64,000 nucleotides of DNA from Malacoraja senta (lineage: Eukaryota): the NCBI GenBank assembly GCA_038087875.1, contig JAXLNO010000203.1, forward strand, positions 1-64,000. The letters are read 5' to 3'. The notes beneath the pieces are model-generated. The model had not been told where the DNA came from. It saw only the letters and a program-made list of their open reading frames with translations, and did no database searches. The position numbers and the translations under genes are program-made. Below, in pieces: positions 24,725-36,700 of this stretch; within the stretch, counting starts at the first letter, position 1, and each line of letters begins with the position of its first letter.

Positions 24725-25480
24725 AATACAATTCAATACAATACAATACCATTTATTGTCATTTGAACTTCAAATGAGGTTCAAACGAAATTTGGTCTCT
24801 GCAGCCATACAAACATGTAAAAAGAACCAAGACACAACACAATTTAGACAAACATCCATCACAGCGAATCTCCTCCTCGCTGTGGTGGAAGGCAAAGTCT
24901 TATCTCTCCCCTGCACTCCCCATTCTCCTCCCGATGTCAGAGTCAGAGCCCTCGTCGGGCGATGGAAAATAAGTCCCGCGGCCATTAAAGGCGCGCCGGG
25001 CGATGCAAGGCCGCGCTCCAGGTCTTGATGTTGGAGCCCCCGGTAGCGCCAGCAAGTCCCGCGGCCACCAAAGCTGCGCCGGGCGATGCAAGACCCCGCT
25101 CCAGGTCATCTTCAACCCCGCAACTCGGGCGGGAGAAGTGGCCGTTGCGGAAGCCCCGAAAAGCGGTCTCCCACCAGGGACCCGCGAGGTCCCGATGTCT
25201 CCGTCCACCAGACCCGCGGCTGGAGCCTCCGTATCTCCGGGGTCGGGTCACAGCCGCGCGTCACCGCAGCTCTCCACGCTCCGAACTCGGCCAGCTCCAC
25301 GATGGCTCCACGGTGCTAGGCCCCAACGACAACGGAGACCCGACAGAGAAAGGTCGGGTCCTCCATACAGGGAAGAGATGTTTTTTAGTTTCCCCCGGCC
25401 CCCACATATACACAGTTAAAAACAATATAAAAAACGCAAACAACTACATTTAACTAGACAAAAACAAAATAAAAAGATAG
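24725..25480 (-). mobile_element. GC-rich non-coding retroposon with Rex-like AATAAA plus (TATTG)n tail
   Basis: Tail caatacaattcaatacaatacaatac-catttattgtca on +; possible TSD atcta; no recognisable ORF; internal ~82-bp duplication. Confidence 0.6.
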
Positions 25481-27371
25481 ATCTAAAGCCCTCTAAGCCC
25501 ACTAAATCCCTCTGAACACATCCAAACCCCTCTAAACCCCTCCAAAACACTAAATCCCTTTCAACACCTCTAAACACCTGGAAATCCCTCCAACTCCCTC
25601 TAACGCACTCTAAGCCCTTCCAAACCACTCTAACGCCCTCTAGCACCCTCTAAACCCCTCCAACACAATGTACACCCCGCTGAACCCCTCTGAAGCCCTC
25701 TGAATCTATCTAAACCCCTCTAACTTCCTCTTACACCCTCTGCCCACTTCTAAACCCCTCTTAAACCCTCTCACCCCCTCTATCAACTTCTCAACCACTC
25801 TAAACTCCTCTAAACCACTCTAAACATCTCTAAATACCTCTAAACCCATCTAAACGCCTTAAAACCCCTCTAAACCCATCTAAGCCCACTATACCCCCTC
25901 TAAACACCCCTACACCCCTCCAACCCACTCTAAATCCCTCTAAACACCTCTAAACCACTCTAAAGCACTATAAACACCTCTAAAGCCCTTTAAACCCCTC
26001 TAAATTCCTATGGACACCTCTAATTCCCTCTAACCCCTCCAGCGCACTCTAAACACATCTAAACCGCTCTAAATCTCGCGTACCCCATCGAAATCCATCT
26101 AACTCTATATAAATCCCTCCAAAGCCCCGTCGACTCCCTCTAAGACCCTCTAAAACCCTCTAAGCCCCTCTGAATCCCTCTAACTGTCCCTCTTAGCTCA
26201 TCTCGCCCTCTAAACCTCCAAACCCCACTAAACCCATAAAAACCACTCTAAACCCCTCAAACCCACTTTAAGCTCATCGAAATCCCTCTAAACCCCCTCA
26301 AAACCCATCTAAAATCATCCAACACCAATCAAAATCACTCTAACCCCTCTAAACCCCGCGAAAGCCCTCTATAAATCTAAAGCCCTCTGAACCCCTGAAA
26401 ACCCCTCGAAACCCCTCGAAAAACTCTAAATCTTTCTAACACTATAATCCCCGTTAAACCCCTCGAAACCATCCGGAACACCTTTAAACCCCTCTTAATC
26501 GTTCGAACCCGCGCAAAACCCCTCCAAACCCCTTTAAAGCATTCTAAGCCCCTCTAAGCCCATCTGAACCCCTCAAAACACGCCTGCCCTTTTAAACCGC
26601 TTTAAAAACTTCTAACCGCCCTCCAACCGCCTCTAAACCCCTCTAAACCACTCCAAACACCTCAACCCCCCTCTAAACACCGCTAAACCCAACTAAACCC
26701 CTCTAAACCCATCTAAACTCCTCCAGAACCCTCTATCACCCTCTAACCACTTCTAAACCCCTCTTAAGCCTTCTAGACCCCTCTGAACCGCTCTAAACCC
26801 ACGTAAACCCTCTAAACACATGTAAAGCACACTAATGCCCTCAACCCCTTTGCAACACTCGAAAACCCTCTACCCTCTAATACCCTCTAACTCACTAAAC
26901 ATGTCTAAACACCTCTACACCCCTCCAAATCTCTCTAAAGCCCTCTAAGTCTAAACCCCTCTAAACCATTCCAAGCCCCCTCTAAACCATTGTAACACTC
27001 TCCAATCACATCTAAACTCCTCGAAACCCTTCGAAACCCGTCTAAATCCCTCTAAATATTTCGAAACCCATCTACACCCTTCTCAATTATTCTAAGCCCC
27101 TCTGCCCCCCTGAACCATTCAAAACACGTCTGAGCCCCTTTAAACCTCTAAACCACTCTAGCCCACTCTAATCCCCTCTAAACCACGTTAACCCCATCTA
27201 GCCCCCTCTATACCGCTCCAACGCCCTCGAAACCCATCCAACCCACTCTTAACCGCTCTAAACCCTTCTAAAGCCCACTATAGACATTGAAACCACTCTC
27301 AAGCCCTCTAATCCCCTTTAAACCCTTCTAAGCACATCTAAGCTCCTCTGAACCCCTTAAAACACGCCTAA

Positions 27372-27550
27372 CACAGTGGCTAACTTTCATTCTGCTGTGT
27401 GGGATGTTTATGTTGAATTCTATTGTGTGTTGTGTTCTTTATTTTTATTGTATGGCAGTATGGTGACCACACATTTCACTGTGCCAACTGGCACATGTGG
27501 CAAATAAATGTATCTTGTATCTTGTATCTTGTATCTTGTATCTTGTATCT
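27372..27550 (+). mobile_element. Rex1/Babar-type 3' end fragment with (GTATCTT)n tail
   Basis: atttcactgtgccaactggcacatgtggcaaataaa followed by gtatcttgtatctt... Confidence 0.7.
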
Positions 27551-28574
27551 AAGCCCCTTTAAACTGCTTTAAACACTTACAACCCCCTCTAACCGCCTCT
27601 AAACCCCTCTAAAGCATTCTAACCCCCCTCTAAACACATCCAATGCCCTGCAAAGCCCTCGAAACCCCGCTAAACCCAACTAAACCACTCTAAACCCCAT
27701 CTAATACCCTCCAACCCCCTCTAACCCCCTCTACCCACATCTATACCCCTCATGCCCTCTAAACCCCTCTTAACCATTCTAAACCCATGTAAAGCCGTCT
27801 AAACACATATAAACCACTCTAAAGCCCTCTAACCGCCTTTGAAACACCCGAAACCCCTCTAAACCACTCGAAACCCCTCTAATACCATCTAACTCACTAT
27901 ACATCTCTAAGCACATGTACACCACACCAAACCCGTCTAAAGCCCTCTAAACTAGTTTAAACATCTCCAAACCATTCTAAACCCCTCTCAACCATTGTAA
28001 CACACTCTAATGCCCTCGAAACCCTTCCAAACCCCTCTAAATCCCTCCAAATCATTCGAAACCCCTCGAAAGCCCTCTAAACCATTCTGACCACCTCTAA
28101 GCCCCTCTGAACCCCTCTCAACACGTCTAAGCCCCTGTAAACATTTCTAAACCACTCTAACCCACTCTAATCCCCTCTAAACCACGTTAACCCCATCTAA
28201 TCCCCTCTAAACCCCTCCAACGCCCTCGAAACCCCTCCAAACCCCTCTTAACTGCTCTAAACCCCTCTAAAGCCCTCTAAACATATTTAAACCACCCCTA
28301 AACCTCTCTCCCACTATAATCTCTAAACCCCTCTAAACCTCTTTACACCCCTTCAAACCACTCTAAACCGCCCTAATCCCTTCTAAACGCATCTAAATCC
28401 CTCTAAAGCGCTATAAATAAATCTAAAGCCCGCTAACCCCCTCTAAATTCCTCTGAACATCTCTAAACCCCGACAAAACAGCTCTAAACCCTTGAAACCC
28501 ATCGAAATCCCCCTCTCTCTCTATACCCCTCTAAATCCTCTAAGTCATTCTATATACCTCTAACCCCTCTAAAA

Positions 28575-28987
28575 TTTACTCGCTAGAATTCAGAAAATTG
28601 AGGGGGGTTCTTATTGAAACTTATATAATTCTTAAGGGGTTGGACAGGCTAGATTCAGGAAGATTGTTCCCGATGTTGGGGAAGTCCAGGACAATGGGTC
28701 AGCGTTTAAGGATAAAGGGTAAATCTTTTAGGACCGAGATGAGAAAACCATTTTTCACACAGGGAGTGGTGAATCTCTGGAATTCTCTGCCACAGAAGGT
28801 AGTTGAGGCCAGTTTATTGTCTATATTTAAGAGGGAATTAGATGAGGCCCTTGTGGCTAATGGGATCAGCGGGTATGGAGATAAGGCAGGTACAGGATTC
28901 TGAGTTGGATAATCAGCCATGATCATATTGAATGGCGGTGCAGGCTCCTCCTGCCTACTCCTGCACATATTTTCTATGTTTCTATGT
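28575..28987 (+). mobile_element. CR1 3' fragment (same family as 14231-22755) at the satellite A/B boundary
   Basis: RGVLIETYIILKGLDRLD..FFTQGVVNLWNSLP; tail ttctatgtttctatgt. Confidence 0.9.
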
Positions 28988-29004
28988 AAATCCGGCGAGG
29001 TTGC

Positions 29005-29208
29005 TGTAGATGATATATGCATGTGCCTTTAACATAGTGACCTCATACATACTAACCACTCCCCATATCACAAGTATAACTACAACCTCCCCACCCACAG
29101 ATCGCTCTCTAGTTCCTGTGACAGACCACGTACAGCTAGTGCAATATGTAATGCTCCAGTATGAATAAAGATAGTAAAGTAACGATGCCTCGTTATAGAT
29201 ACTTTACA
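29005..29208 (+). repeat. 5' LTR (204 bp)
   Basis: tgtagatg...ctttaca with internal AATAAA; identical to 33545-33748. Confidence 0.97.
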
Positions 29209-29305
29209 TGGTGTCAAACCACTTACCTTGCGCCTCCTGTCTATCGGTTTATCATTTAATTTTGTCCCAGTTTTTTTGTTTCCACCGCCCTCCCATTTCT
29301 TTGTT

Positions 29306-32300
29306 ATGGCCTCTTCTGCCCGTAAGCCTGATGTGCTCGTTTTCGATTTAGACATCGCCCTTCGATGGGACGTATTCAAACGTGACTTTGAACACTATGT
29401 CACGATCGCTCATCCTGCCGCCACCGCTGATCTCAAAGCCTCTCTGCTTCTCAACTTGGCTGGTCCCGAGGCCCTAACTCGCTCTGACTTCTTCGTCTAC
29501 GCTGCTGGAGAATCAGCTCGGGACCCGGTATGTCTGGTGGCTTAGTTTGATGCTATTTGTGATATCCCAACAAACTGCATCTTAGAACGTTTTAAACTGT
29601 TCGCGCGGCGTCAGCTCCCTGGGGAAAATGCTGAGAACTATGTCTCTGCGCTGCCCCACCTGGCCAGGCGCTGCCGCCTCCACACGTTGACCCCCGAGGA
29701 GATTATCAGGGACCTTCTAGTTTACGGTCTCCGCGATGATAAGCTCAGGGCCGAACTTCTGCGCAAGCCGGATCTGACTTTTAACGATGCGATGCACGCC
29801 ACTCGCTTAGCTGAAGCTGTCACCTCGGCGGTGTCACCGGCTGAACAGGCGATTAACTTTGCCAGCACTCCCAGTCATCTGATGAACACGCCCCGGTCGC
29901 GGCCCCCGTGGTCGCTCGCTGCTCGAGGGGACGTGCCCCGGGGTTCGGTACTGCTCCCGGGGGAGGTACCCGGGAAAGGTGCCCTAATTGCAACTTCACC
30001 ACTCATCAATACAATGTGTGCCCTGCCTTGGGTAAAACGTGTAATGTCTGCAAGAAATTGAACCATTTTGCTGCGGCCTGTCGCTCCCGTGGGAAGCCTG
30101 TCGCTGCTCCGAGGGGAAATTTAAACAACCTTCTACAAACTGATGGTGAGCTCAGCTCCCAGTGCTATTTCGATGAACAGTCTGTTTCTGCATCCGACTC
30201 CTCTCAGGGGGGAGAACAGCTTGTGTACTGTGTTGGGCGCACCTGCTATGATAACGGACCCTTCTGTGCGAGTCACTGTGAACAACTCGACCTTCACTGC
30301 TAAGATTGACACGGGGGCAGTTGCGAACGTAATGTCAACATCTCTCTTCAAACAGATAAGGATTAATGAGCAGATTTTTTCTCAGAACTCAACCTTGCAT
30401 GCCTACGGGGGGAGATTCTTACTCCTGTGGGCAAGGCCACGCTACGCTGTAAGATACTAGAGACCTCTCGGCCCCTCACCTTCTATCTCCTCGATCAAAA
30501 ATGCATTCCCCTGCTGGGCATCCGGGCATGCCAGGAAATGGGACTAGTATCCTTCCACCGTGACATCCACCATGTGCAGGCCCTCATGGACCCGCTGGCC
30601 GATTATCCCGACCGCTTTGATGATGAGCTAGGCAAACTACCCTGCAGCTACAAGATTGTAGTGGACCGTAAGATTGATCCAGTGGTCAATGCTCCTCACC
30701 GTGTCGCCTTCGCCATGAAGGACAGAGTGGAGTCGACACTACACAGTATGGTACAAATGGGCATCCTAAAGGCGGTCATCGAGCCCACCAGGTGGGTCTC
30801 TTCCATGGTTGTTGCTGCGAAAAAGGACATGTGCGAGATACGCATCTGCATCAACCCAAAGACCTCAACCTGGCCATTAGACGCCCGCACTACCCCATGA
30901 GAACGGTAGAAGAAGTCGCTGCACAGGTTGGTCCGGCAACGGTTTTTTCTGTCCTCGATGCCAAAAGCTCCTTCTGGCAGATACCACTGGACGAGCAGTC
31001 GTCCATTCTGACAACTTTCGCCACCCCCTACGGGAGGTTTCGGTTCCTCCGAATGCCATTCGGAATCAACTCTGCCAGCGAGGTATTCCAGCGGACAATG
31101 GAGCAGTTGTTTTCAGGTCTACCATGCGCCATCATTGTTGACGACATCCTCGTTTACGGTAAGGACGTTGCCGAACACGATGTCAACCTCCGCCAGGTCC
31201 TGGACCGGGACCGGCAAATCAACTTGAAACTTAACCCCAAGAAGTGCCGATTCCGCGTCCCGGAGGTCACCTATGTTGGACATGTATTCATCGCCGAGGG
31301 GTTAAAGCCAGACCCGCAAAAAACGGCTGCCATTTCATGGATGCCTTCTCCTACTAATGTGGCAGGCCTACAACGCTTCCTGGGCTTGGTAAACTACCTG
31401 GGGAAGTTCATCGCCGACCTCAGCGAGCTCAGCGCTCCCCTGAGGGATTTGATAAAAAAGGACACGTCCTGGGCTTGGTTCCCCCACCATCAGAAAGCAT
31501 TCGACATTCTTAAGTCCAAGCTGATCAGCACCCCCACGCTCAAGTTTTTTGACCTGCAGCGTCCCATTGTCCTCACCTGCGACGCCTCTCAGTTCGGACT
31601 CGGTGCCGCCTGTCTCCAGGTCCATGACGGCCTACAGCTGCCTGTCTCCTTCGCATCCCGCACCATGACCGTCACCGAACAGCACTACGCGCAGATTGAG
31701 AAGGAGCTACTGGCCGTGGTGTTTGCCTGCTTCAAATTCAGAGACTACATCGTGGGCAACACTTTCACCATTGAAACTGACCATCAGCCACTCGTCACCA
31801 TCCTCAACAAGTCGATCCATGTGGCCTCATCACGCCTACAGCGCATGATGCTGCAGCTCCAGCGCTTCACGTTCAAGGTGGTTTATCGTAAGGGCAAGGA
31901 CATGTTCGTGGCCGACACGTTGTCTCGCGCCCCGCTGTCGTCCAGCGTTCGCCACCCATATGAGACGTCTGATCTATTGGTGCTCCAAATGGACATCGTC
32001 CCTTCACAACAGATGAAGTCCCTGGTTGAACACACTACCACTGACCCTGCCCTGCAACAGCTGTCTGCCGTCATCCAGCGGGGCTGGCCCGACCGTCGTT
32101 CCGCACTGCCGGCTGGTGCCGTGCCCTATTTGCTGGTCCGTGATGAACTCGTACTACACGACGGCGTGGTGGTGAAGGGTCACAAGGTGGTCGTGCCCGC
32201 GGCGCTGCACGACCACTATTTTCAAGTCGCTCACCGCGGTCATCCTGGGGCCGAAGCCACCGTGTCTCTCGCCAGGAGCCAGTTCTATTGGCCGGACATG

Positions 32301-33475
32301 GCCAAATACATCCGGGAGAGGGTCTCCTCGTGTTCCACCTGCAACAGCCTCGCCCCCCACCAGCAGCGTCAGCCGCTTCTGCAGCAGCCCGCGCCCGAAC
32401 TGCCCTGGATGGCGCTTGCCGCCGACATTTTCGAGTGGCGCGGCAAACACTTCCTGGTTCTCGTTGACTCCTACTCCAGCTGGTTTGTGGTCGACCGGCT
32501 GCACTCCCTAATCTCTTCGGCCATCATCGACAGGTTGTACCCTCATTTTGGCACTTTTGGCCCCCCGGCAAGCCTGCAATCGGACAATGGCAGCCAGTTC
32601 ACGAGCTCCGAGTTTAAAGCGTTCGCTTCCAGATGGAACTTCCGCCATTTCACCAGCAGCCCGGAGTACCCGCAAAGCAACGGTCTGGCCGAGCGTGCCG
32701 TCCGCAGCGCGAAGCACCTGCTGGAACAGTGTGGTGGCATTAACTCCGACTTCCATCTGGCCCTCCTCAACCTCCGCAACATTTCCCGCGACTCTGCCAT
32801 GGGTTCCCCTGCTCAGCGGCTCATGTCTCGCGCTACCAGGCTCCCGCTCCCGGTGGCCCAGCGCTCCCTCATACCCTCCGTCCTCCCACCTGCGGCGGTT
32901 CAGAAACGCATTGCCTTCAGGCACAATGTCCAAAAGCGTTCCCATGACAGGTCCTGCCACCCGCTGCCGCGTCTCTTCCCCGGTCAAGTTGTCCGTATGC
33001 AGACCACTTCCGGTCACTCCAAGCTCGCACCGTCGTCGGCTCTGCGGGGTCGCCCAGGTCTTATCTCGTCGACCATGCGGGAGCCATTTACCGACGGTCC
33101 CGCCAGCACCTTCGGCTCGTCAACGAGCCGCGTCCTCCTGCCGCGGATCCCTTTGCTCCCCCACTGCCGGCTTCGCGTCCGGGCTTTGCTCTGCCCGTCC
33201 TTCCTAACATGCAACGTTCTGCACCTCCTCAACTCCTTCCGTCCCACCCTGCTCCGACTAGTCCTCGCTCGCCTGCCCGCGCACTGCCCGCTCCTGATCC
33301 CGCATCACCTCCGGGTTTGGTGCCGCGGTCTCCTCCGTCTCCTCCCGTTTCCCCCTTTCAGGTTCGTCTGTCCCCATCGGTGCCTCTTCCTCCTGCCGGA
33401 AGGGAGGATGGCGAGACGCGAACCCGGTCGGGACGTCTTGTCAAACCGCCTGTCCGCTATGGCGATTTTGTTTAA
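29306..33475 (+). pseudogene. Gypsy gag-pol polyprotein with one stop and about five frameshifts
   Basis: Double knuckle CPNC..H....CPALGKTCNVCKKLNHFAAAC, PR KIDTGA, RT IIVDDILVYG, RH CDAS/EKELLA/TDH, IN HHCC plus D-D-E, C-terminal TRSGR. Confidence 0.92.
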
Positions 33476-33544
33476 CCATCCTAGCGCATGAGCCGTGGTC
33501 GCCCTGTCACCATTGTATTTGCCTGTCGATTCGGAGGGGAAGGA

Positions 33545-33748
33545 TGTAGATGATATATGCATGTGCCTTTAACATAGTGACCTCATACATACTAACCACT
33601 CCCCATATCACAAGTATAACTACAACCTCCCCACCCACAGATCGCTCTCTAGTTCCTGTGACAGACCACGTACAGCTAGTGCAATATGTAATGCTCCAGT
33701 ATGAATAAAGATAGTAAAGTAACGATGCCTCGTTATAGATACTTTACA
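33545..33748 (+). repeat. 3' LTR (204 bp)
   Basis: Base-for-base identical to the 5' LTR by visual comparison. Confidence 0.97.
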
Positions 33749-36700
33749 GTTGCCACATTTCCGGCGACGTCGCCACATTTCCGGCGAGGTCGCCACATTT
33801 CCGGCGAAGTCGCCATAAATCCGGCGAGGTCTCCATAAATCAGGCGAGGTCGCCACATTTCCGGCAAGGTCGCCATAAGTCCGGCAAGGTCGCCATAAAT
33901 CCGCCGAGGTCGCCATAGTTCCGGCATGGTCGCCATAAGTACGGCGAGGTGCCCATAAATCCGGCGAGGTCGCAATATTTCCGGCAAGGTCGCCATAAGT
34001 TCGGCGAGGTGGCCATAAACTCGGCGAGGTCGCCATATTTCCGGAAAGGTCGCCATAGGTCCGGCGAGGTTGCCATTAATCCGGCAAGGTCGCCATAGTT
34101 TCGGCAATGTCGCCATAAGTCCGGCGAGGTGACCATAAATCCGCCAAGGTCGCCGCAGTTCCGGCAAGGTCGCCATAAGTCCGGCGAGGTGGCCATAAAT
34201 CCGGCAATGTCGCCATAGTACCGGCAAGGTCGCCATAAGTTCGGCGAGGTGGCCATAAATCCGGTGAGGTCGCCATAGTTCCGGGAAGGTCGCCATATGT
34301 CCGGCTAGCAGGCCATAAATCCGGCAAGGTCGCCATAGTTCCGGCAAGGTCGCCACAAATCCGGCAGAGTCGCCTATTTCCGGAAATTTCGACATATATC
34401 CGGCAAGGTCGCCACAAATCCGGCAGAGTCGCCTATTTCCGGAAATTTCGCCATATACCCGGCATGGTCGCCATAATTCCGGCAGGGTGGCCACAAATCA
34501 GGGAAGGTCGCCATATTTCCGGAAATGTCGTCATAAATCCGGGAAGGTGGCCTCAAATCCGGCTAGGTCGCCATATTTCTGGCGAGGTCGCCATAAATCC
34601 GGCAAGGTGGCCTCAAATCCGGCAAGGTCGCCACATTTCCGACGAGGTTGCCATAAATCCGGCAAGGTGGCCATAAATCCGGCACGGTCGCCATAAATCC
34701 GGCAAGGTCGCCACATTTCCGGCGAGGTCGCCATAAATCCGGCAAGGTGGCCACAAATCCGGCAAGGTAGCCATATTTCCGGCAAGGTCGCCATAAATCC
34801 GGCATGGTGGCCACAAATCAGGGAAGGTCGCCATATTTCCGGCGAAGTCGCCGTAAATCCGGCAAGGTGGCCTCAAATCCGGCAAGTTTGCCATATTTCC
34901 GGCGAGGTCGCCATAAATGCGGCAAGGTGACCTCAAATCCGGCAAGGTCGCCACATTTCCGGCGAGGTCGCCATAAATCCGGTAAGGTCCCCATAAATCC
35001 GGCAAGGTCCCCATAAATTCGCCAAGGTCGCCGCCAACCCGGCAAGGTCGCCTTAAACGGCGAGGTCGCCATATTTCCGGCAATGTCGCCATAAACCCAG
35101 CGAGGTCGCCATATTTCCGGCAAGGTCGCCATAAATCCAGCAAGGTCGCCATCAATCCGGGAAGGTCGCCATATTTCCGGCAAGGTCGCCATAAATCCGG
35201 CGAGGTCGCCATATTTCCGGCGAGGTCGCCATAAATCCGGCAAGGTCGCCATAATTCCGGCGAGGTCGCCATATTTCCGGCAAAGTGGCCATAAATCCGG
35301 CAAGGTCGCCATAAATCTGCAAAGTCGCCATAACTCCGGCAAGGTCGCCGTATTTCCGGCACGGTCGCCATAAATCCAGCTAGGATGCCATGAATCCGGC
35401 AACGTCGCCATATTTGCGGCAATGTTGCCACAAATCCGGCAAAGTCGCCATATTTCCGTCAAGGTCGCCATAAATTCGGCAAGGTCGCCACAAATCTGGC
35501 AAGGTCGCCATATTTCCGGGAAGGTCGGCACATTTCCGGCAAGGTCGCCATTAATCCGGGAAAGTCGCCATAAATCCGGCAAGGTCGCCACATTCCCGGC
35601 AAGGTCGCCATAAATCCGGCAAAGTCGCCACAAATCCGGCAGGGTCGCCACATTTGCGGCAATGACGCCATATTTCCGGCAAGGTCGCCATAAATTCTGC
35701 GAGGTCGCCGCAAATCCGGCAAGGTCGCCATATTTCCGGCAAGGTCGCCATAAATCCGGCAAGGTCGCAACATTTCCGTCGAAGTCGCCATAAATCCGAC
35801 AAGGTCGCCACAAATCCGGCAAGGTCGCTACATTCCCGGCGATGTCGCCAACAATCCGGCAAGGTCGCCACAAATCCGGCAAGGTCGCCATATTTCCGGC
35901 AAGGTCGCCATAAATCCGACAATGTCGCCACAAATCGGCCAAGGTCGCCATATTTCCGACAAGGTCGCCATAAATCCGGCAAGTTTGCTTCAAATCCGGC
36001 AATATCGCCATATTTCCGGCAAAGTCGCCATAAATCCGGCAAGGTGGCGTCAAAACCGGCAAGGTCGCCGCATTTCAATCAAGGTAGCCGTAAATTCGGC
36101 AAGGCCGTGTCAAATCCGGCAAGGTCGCCACATTTCCGGCTAGGTCGCCATAGACCCGGCAAAGTCGCCAGAAATCCGGCAAGGTCGCATCATTTCGGCA
36201 AGGTCGCCAGAAATCCGGCATCGTCGCCAGAAATCCGGCAAGGTCGCCACATTTCCGGCAAGGTCGGCATGAATCCGGCAATGTCGCCACAAGTGCGGCA
36301 AGGTCGCCACATTTCCGGCAAGGTCGCCATGAATCCGTCAAGGTCGCCACAAATCCCACAAAGTCGCCATAAATCCGGCAAGGTCGCCACAAATCCGGCA
36401 AGTGCGCCATTAATCCGGCAAGGTCGCCACAAATCCAGCAACGTCGCCGCAAATCCGCAAGGTCGCCACACCCCCGGCAAGGTCGCCATAAATCCGGCAA
36501 GGTCGCCACAAATCCAACAAGCTCGCCACATATCCGGCAATGTCGCCATATTTCCGGCAAGGTCACCATAAAACCGGCAAGGTCGCCAAAAATGCGGCAA
36601 GGTCGCCATAAATCCGGCAAGGTCGCCATATTTCCGGCAAGGTCGCCATAAATCCGGCAAGGTCGCCATAATTCCGGCGATGTCGCCATCTTTCCGGCAA

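Larger units (their letters stand above)
22756..28574 (+). repeat. Satellite A continued, interrupted by four retroelement fragments
   Basis: Degenerate CCCCTCTAAA units at about 22756-22865, 23446-24186, 24633-24724, 25481-27371 and 27551-28574. Confidence 0.92.
29005..33748 (+). mobile_element. Gypsy/Ty3 LTR retrotransposon, Mag-like, complete structure with defective ORF
   Basis: Identical 204-bp LTRs (TG..CA), TSD GTTGC (29000-29004 and 33749-33753), PBS-like tggtgtca at 29209, PPT ggaggggaagga at 33533-33544. Domain order gag-PR-RT-RH-IN. Confidence 0.96.

Noticed and set aside
24756..25453. Cluster of overlapping ORFs in the GC-rich insert
   Set aside because: They are open only because of high GC, occur on both strands in several frames, and show no recognisable domain.
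11931..28574. True telomere or canonical interstitial (TTAGGG)n array
   Set aside because: The unit is 10 bp (TTTAGAGGGG), highly degenerate and internal; no tandem TTAGGG runs are seen.
29080..29379. Antisense ORF overlapping the LTR (also 33620..34036)
   Set aside because: Short read-through of LTR and flank sequence with no motif; the shared C-terminus only reflects the identical LTRs.
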